Shown: in pieces, positions 58,543-64,000 of the stretch
How the letters are laid out: each line of letters opens with the position of its first letter
Position numbering within the stretch: position 1 is the stretch's first letter
Source: Schizochytrium sp. TIO01
Taxonomy: Eukaryota > Protista > Bigyra: Labyrinthulomycetes
Direction: 5' to 3'
NCBI GenBank assembly: GCA_004764695.1
Contig: SMSO01000037.1
Span: forward strand, 534,747 to 598,746
Length of the DNA stretch: 64,000 nucleotides
Position numbers and translations under genes: made by a program
The notes under the pieces: model-generated
What the model saw: the letters and a program-made list of their open reading frames with translations, nothing else
Databases searched by the model: none
Told to the model about the DNA's origin: nothing

Positions 58543-59556
58543 AGAAATAGAACAAAAACGTTTTTATAATCTATACATGTTTAATTAATTAAAAAAATGC
58601 TTTTAAAAAATGCCCATTATCTTCCCCACACGCGATAGTGAAAAATGCCTTGTATTCACGCCAGTCAATCACAACTATTTCTTGAGCTCATTATTCATTC
58701 ATTCATTCATTCATTCATTCAAGCTTGTTGAAGTCAAGAAGCCATCACAGGCATCTATCTTCTTGGCCTTCATGATTTCCAGTCTGCCACTCAGAAGGAG
58801 CTTACTCAGTCAGCTGTCGCGGTTGCAATTCCAATTCAATGACTGAGCAAGGTAGATAAATCAATAAATCAATATGAGGAAGAGACACTGGCAGATGAGT
58901 GCTACTGCGTCTGCCGAGAGAAGGTTGTTTGTTTGTTGGTCTGCCAAACCACCCACACTCAGCGATAATTCATACATTCATTCATACATTCATACATTCA
59001 TACATTCATTCATTCATTCATGACAAATCATTAAAGTAATCAACTATAGAAACGGAATAAGAGAGCTACAATTCTCTTCCAATCTCGACATACTATGTGA
59101 AGATTAAAATAAAGACCTCTATTACTTTCTTATTTCAATCTTAATTCTTCACAACCAACACAGGGCTATATAGAATTGCTATTTTTAATTTTAAAAAATG
59201 CTTTTAAAAGAAAAAAAAGGAAAAAAAGAAGGAAGGCAGTCAATCATGGTGAAAGAGAGGGCAGATAAAGGGGCGAAAGAAAGGCCTTGAAACCAAACGC
59301 AAAGATCTTCGCTCGTTCAACTTGAAGCTCATCCGTCGAAAAGCGACGCGTGTCTGTGCAAGTGCCGCTGTTCAGACACGCACGGAGACAGACAATAAGT
59401 CAGTCAGTCAGTCAGTCAGACAGACAGACAGTCAAGTCCCGCGGAAACTAGGCTTTCTTCACGCTCGACGCCTTCAGAGCGGGAACGCAAAGCCGAGCCT
59501 AAGCACGCTTCCTCAAACAACGGTCGCTACAACTCAAACTCGAAAAAGAGTCAACG

Positions 59557-59601
59557 AATGAATGAGTGAATGAATGAATGAATGAATGAATGAATGAATG
59601 A
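59557..59601. repeat. (GAAT)n microsatellite
   Basis: Read directly. Confidence 0.85.
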
Positions 59602-61152
59602 AAGAATGCACTGACGCACAGAACCATTGCAATCGTTAAAGAGATCTTCTTGAGCGCAAAGGGTCTAAGCTCAAAGCTTATGCGCTCAAGAGTATCTAAA
59701 GTCCTGTCATTGGCAGATACAATCGATCGCAAGAAAATCGACGGCTTCAGAATGGCTGCAGGAAAGGAGCTCAATGGAGGGAAACGCTTGCTTTATTTAT
59801 TGCGTTATTGCTTTACGGATTGATTGAACAATTGAATGATTGCTTTATTGCCTTATTTCTCTCCTGATTGAATGATTGATTGATAGATTCATTCATTCAT
59901 TCACTTTCACTGATTGATTGATTGATTAATCGATGGCGTGGTTTGTTCCGTCTCGAAGTCTTCCTCTGCAAAGTAATGGCTCATCAATTCTCTGGTCACG
60001 CCTGCTTAGATACAGTGGAGCAGGCGTTGGCTGCGCTAGAACTGCTGGAGATCTTCATTTAACGGCTAACGTACGCCAGAGCCATGCGCTGCAGCCGTGT
60101 CTGCGCCAATCAGGCAACGGCCTCTGTGTTAACGTTCTTCTAGAGCTGTCCAAAGGCGACCCCATCAACCTTCACGTTTCAGGAGCTCGGGAACCAAGGA
60201 AGGAAGAAAACAAAGGAAGGCAAGAAGGAAAGAAAAATCCATCACGAACAGACTTTAGCCCAAGGGTCGATGTAATGCCAGGGCCCCCAAGTCACAGTAG
60301 GAAGTACGTTAGGTCCCTCTCCGGAATCAATCTTGCAAAGCGAGGATCAAGAGATCAATCAAGAAACGAAGCCAGGAAATAAATCATCGAGCAGAACCGT
60401 GGTCGAGAACCCGCAAGGCCACGCGAGCTTGCTCGAGACAGGCGGAAGCCGGTCGCCCAGTTCTCAGCCCCGCATACCGAAGTGCAGGTCGAGCTTGGGC
60501 CCTTCGTCGCTGGCCAACTGACCGCCTTTTGCTGGCTCCGGACACCGTTGCGTTGCTCTTTCCACTGAGACAGCGGCAGTTAATTCAATGGTTTTCCGCC
60601 GTCGTTGCGCTCCATATTGTTCGTTTGTCTCTCTTCTTCTGTGTCTATCACCATAATAATACTCACTCACGGCAAAGTCCCTCTTTTCTTCCTTTCCTTC
60701 GAGAGAAACAACAAATAAAGGCAACAAATAAAGAAACAAAGAAAACAACAGGTTGAAACAAAGAAACACATCAGTTGCGCAAGAAGATCGAGAGCAATTG
60801 ATTGGTGGACCCATCAATCGCGGGGCGAAGCTGCTGAGAAGTTGTCCTCGTCTCTGCAACCGACGATCGAGCATCGCATTGCATTCCAATGGTTCAAAAG
60901 TTTTGGCCATCGTTGAGAAGATAGGTATGTATGTATATAGTATATATGGGCCTCCATGATGGACTGATTAATTGATTAATTGGCTTGGATTTCTTCGAGG
61001 CAAGCTGGCTGGAAAGAAAGAAAGCAGCGCAGCGTGCCGAGTCCACCTCCGCCGCCAAAGAGAGCTGAGCTCTTCCTCACCGGTAGTATCGCCGCCCTTC
61101 TCGCGTCCTCGTCGAGTAGTAGTTCTCTGCGCCCTGATTCCAGCCACGGACG

Positions 61153-61197
61153 AATTCTTGCAATTCTTGCAATTCTTGCAATTCTTGCAATTCTTGC
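61153..61197. repeat. 9-bp tandem repeat (AATTCTTGC) x5
   Basis: Read directly. Confidence 0.9.
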
Positions 61198-61494
61198 CTC
61201 TCTTCTTCAACGTATGCAGTACATCGCATTACATGATCGCATCACATTGCGTTGCATCACATTACGTCACACTACGTAAGGTAGTAGTATAATAAGTAAG
61301 TAAGTAAGTAGGTACTTCGAGTTATTTCTTTCTATCTTTCTATCTTTCTATCTTTATTTCTTTTTATTTCTTTATTTCTTTATTTCTTTGTTTCTAGATT
61401 TCTATATTTCTTTCCTTCTTTATTCCTTTCTTTATTCCTTTATTTCTTTATTTCTATATTTCTATCTATATTTCTATCTATATTTCTATCTTTA

Positions 61495-61783
61495 TTTGTT
61501 TGTTTGTTTGTTTGTTTGTTTGTTTGTTTGTTTGTTTGTTTGTTTGTTTGTTTGTTTGTTTGTTTGTTTGTTTGTTTGTTTGTTTGTTTGTTTGTTTGTT
61601 TGTTTGTTTGTTTGTTTGTTTGTTTGTTTGTTTGTTTGTTTGTTTGTTTGTTTGTTTGTTTGTTTGTTTGTTTGTTTGTTTGTTTGTTTGTTTGTTTGTT
61701 TGTTTGTTTGTTTGTTTGTTTGTTTGTTTGTTTGTTTGTTTGTTTGTTTGTTTGTTTGTTTGTTTGTTTGTTTGTTTGTTTCT
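61495..61783. repeat. (TTTG)n microsatellite, about 70 units, within a pyrimidine-rich tract
   Basis: Read directly; it generates the spurious FVCL/QTNK ORFs. Confidence 0.97.
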
Positions 61784-63015
61784 TTCTTTCTTTCTTTCTT
61801 TCTTTCTATATTTTTTCTTTATTTGTTTCCTTATTTCTCTCTCTCCCTCCAATTTTATGTACGAGCCTACCAAAACCTGAGCTTATCAGCAGAGATCCTT
61901 CCACATACCTAACTACCACGAACCTGCCTCAACAATGACCCGCCATCACTTCAATCGCTCGCTTAAAGACCCAAAGGACCAACTTCTCAGCCCCCCTCAG
62001 CTCTTTCCAATTCCTTCTAGCTGCCTAGTACCTTCTACCGGAACAGCTATCTAGCTAGCTTCATAGACCTCTAGAGATAGATAGATAGCTAGCTAAGTCT
62101 GCTGAGTGGTTGGTTTCTGACTTAGTAATTGGTCTGCAGACAATGCTTCGTTTGCTGTTTGTTTCTTCGCTTTGGCGGCCTCGACTCGGTCAGGCTCGCA
62201 GGAGAGGGGTCGAGGAAGGCCTTCCGCACGGAGGTCGCTCCGTCTCTCTCTGGCCTCCCCGCGGAAGCCGGAGAACGCTCGGAAGCGTGCTCCGTGGAGG
62301 CACGGGCTCGTTTGGGCCAGCTCGTTCGCACTCTGTTGTAATGAATGAATGAATAAATGCATCGAATGAAGTGATTTTGGAGTTTTATTTTGACAGTAGG
62401 AACTTTAGGTTCATCTTTAGTTTGGTTTGGAAAATAAACAAAGCGAATTGCGTTGTTGCGTAAACGCCGTAGTGAAGGGTAGGTGTTTAGTACGCAGTTT
62501 ACAGGTCTGGTACTTACTTTTAAATTAGTAAAATGGAAACAATAACACCTGCGAGTGCTACTTAGGCGCTACTGATAATAATACGACGTATTTTCTTCTT
62601 CTATTAGAGTTATGATGCTTAAATAAATATGTTTTTGTTCAAAGTCGTGTCTTTTTATTTCTTCTTAGGTATGGCGAAAGGTTGCAGTTATATAGGTGTT
62701 TCCTAACTAAATATGTAATTATAAAACTCTCTTCTGCTGTTGAAAACGCATTTTTTAAATTCATTTAGGTCGACGTATCATGCATGTGTGGTACCTACTG
62801 CTGCATATGTAGGTTCTATGATGGATCACAATACAATAGAAAACGAAGAAATAAAAGTTGGTAGGAGTGGCTAGATGTTGACTACGAAGGCAGTGTCGTC
62901 TGATTCACAGAGAGATCGCACTGCTGTTAATTCTACATGAGATGTTCTCGCTGTTGTTCCAAAGAAAGAAAGAAACAAAAAGAAAGAACAGAACTGATCG
63001 ATCAAGTAATACATG

Positions 63016-63150
63016 CATACATACATACATACATACATACATACATACATACATACATACATACATACATACATACATACATACATACATACATACATAC
63101 ATACATACATACATACATACATACATACATACAGACATACAGACATACAG
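63016..63150. repeat. (CATA)n microsatellite
   Basis: Read directly. Confidence 0.95.
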
Positions 63151-64000
63151 GCATTCATCTACAGTAGATTGCGGCATTAATATAGAGATCAACATTCATT
63201 CACGTTGGCGATTGCTCCGTCGCCATTTTGCCAACTCAATGCGGATTATACTTATTCTCTCGAAGCCGTGCTTCGGTTTCTGCAACAAATCCTTCGTGAG
63301 GTGAGTGAGTGAGTGGGTGAGCGAGCGGATGAGTCCGAAAAGTCCTCAGGGACCCACCCACTCAGGTCGGGAGAAAAGACATAAACTCTCTTTTTTTCTG
63401 TGGATTCGCCAACTCCCACTGTTCCTCAATTCCGCGAATAGAACAGCAGCAAAGAGAACAAAAGCCGAGCCGGAGTGCTCAATAGCTAGCTGAGGACTTT
63501 AGGTCCCACACACAGAAATTGAATGCACCGATCGGAGGAGAGATTCCATCATGATTGCTTCAAATTCGAAGTTGGAGACGATGGACTCTGTATGCATATA
63601 CGATTTGGAGGACGAGAATAAGCTTTCGGTCAAGCTTTAGATGGATGGGTGGATGGATGGATGGCTGATTGATTCTTTGGTTTGGTTCTGAGAAGTAAAG
63701 AGACTATTTTGGAAAGCTTTTTTTTTTTTAAATTTAATTTAATTTGAACATGCGACTATATATCATGGTAAGTTTAGAATAGATACAAGTTGATGTAATT
63801 TTCACCTTTTAGTTTAAAACGTACTCAGAAGTAAGGTTTTGAGGCTTTTTCTTCTGTAGATTTGGATATGAGGAGGTACAAGCTTAGGAAAAAGCATTCA
63901 TACACTGCCTCTAAGAATCCCAGTGGAGAGAGTTGCATTTCTAAACGGACCCCTCTCAATGCTTTCAGAGGAAAGCACAGGAGGAAGTACCTCGTTGGTT

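Noticed and set aside
61153-61197. 9-bp repeat as a CRISPR-like or telomeric array
   Set aside because: No spacers, only five units, and not a telomere motif.
61388-63304. FVCL/QTNK/YVCM/HTYI repeat ORFs
   Set aside because: These are translations of the (TTTG)n and (CATA)n microsatellites.

Overview
Eukaryotic nuclear DNA. It has long exons, few GT-AG introns, microsatellite-rich intergenic DNA and a ciliary transition-zone gene (B9D2). The style suggests a flagellated stramenopile, possibly a thraustochytrid/labyrinthulomycete; this is inference, not proven. About 16 protein-coding genes are supported: an STK32/YANK-type AGC kinase, a pyruvate kinase with a long N-terminal extension, a 4-exon TMEM234, a SAM-domain MAP2K, an RGG + OPR/HPR-like helical-repeat + METTL21-type methyltransferase fusion, B9D2, a GRIP golgin, WDR27, HIRA, two hypothetical proteins, an ARM-repeat/IQ protein, an ER-retained Cys-rich tandem-domain protein, ASNSD1 with an inserted zinc finger, an FSH1/OVCA2 serine hydrolase and a 3-exon ABHD10-like hydrolase. 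STK32 and WDR27 are each split by a single +1 frameshift in a short homopolymer. An assembly error is most likely, but the WDR27 site matches the UUU_CGN +1 recoding motif. The most novel-looking items are the repeat-methyltransferase fusion, the SAM-MAP2K with an acidic residue at an activation site, and the zinc-finger insert in ASNSD1. No tRNA, rRNA, CRISPR array or recognisable transposon was seen. Regions about 3.6-10.2 kb, 14.6-19.5 kb and 56.1-64 kb contain no credible gene.
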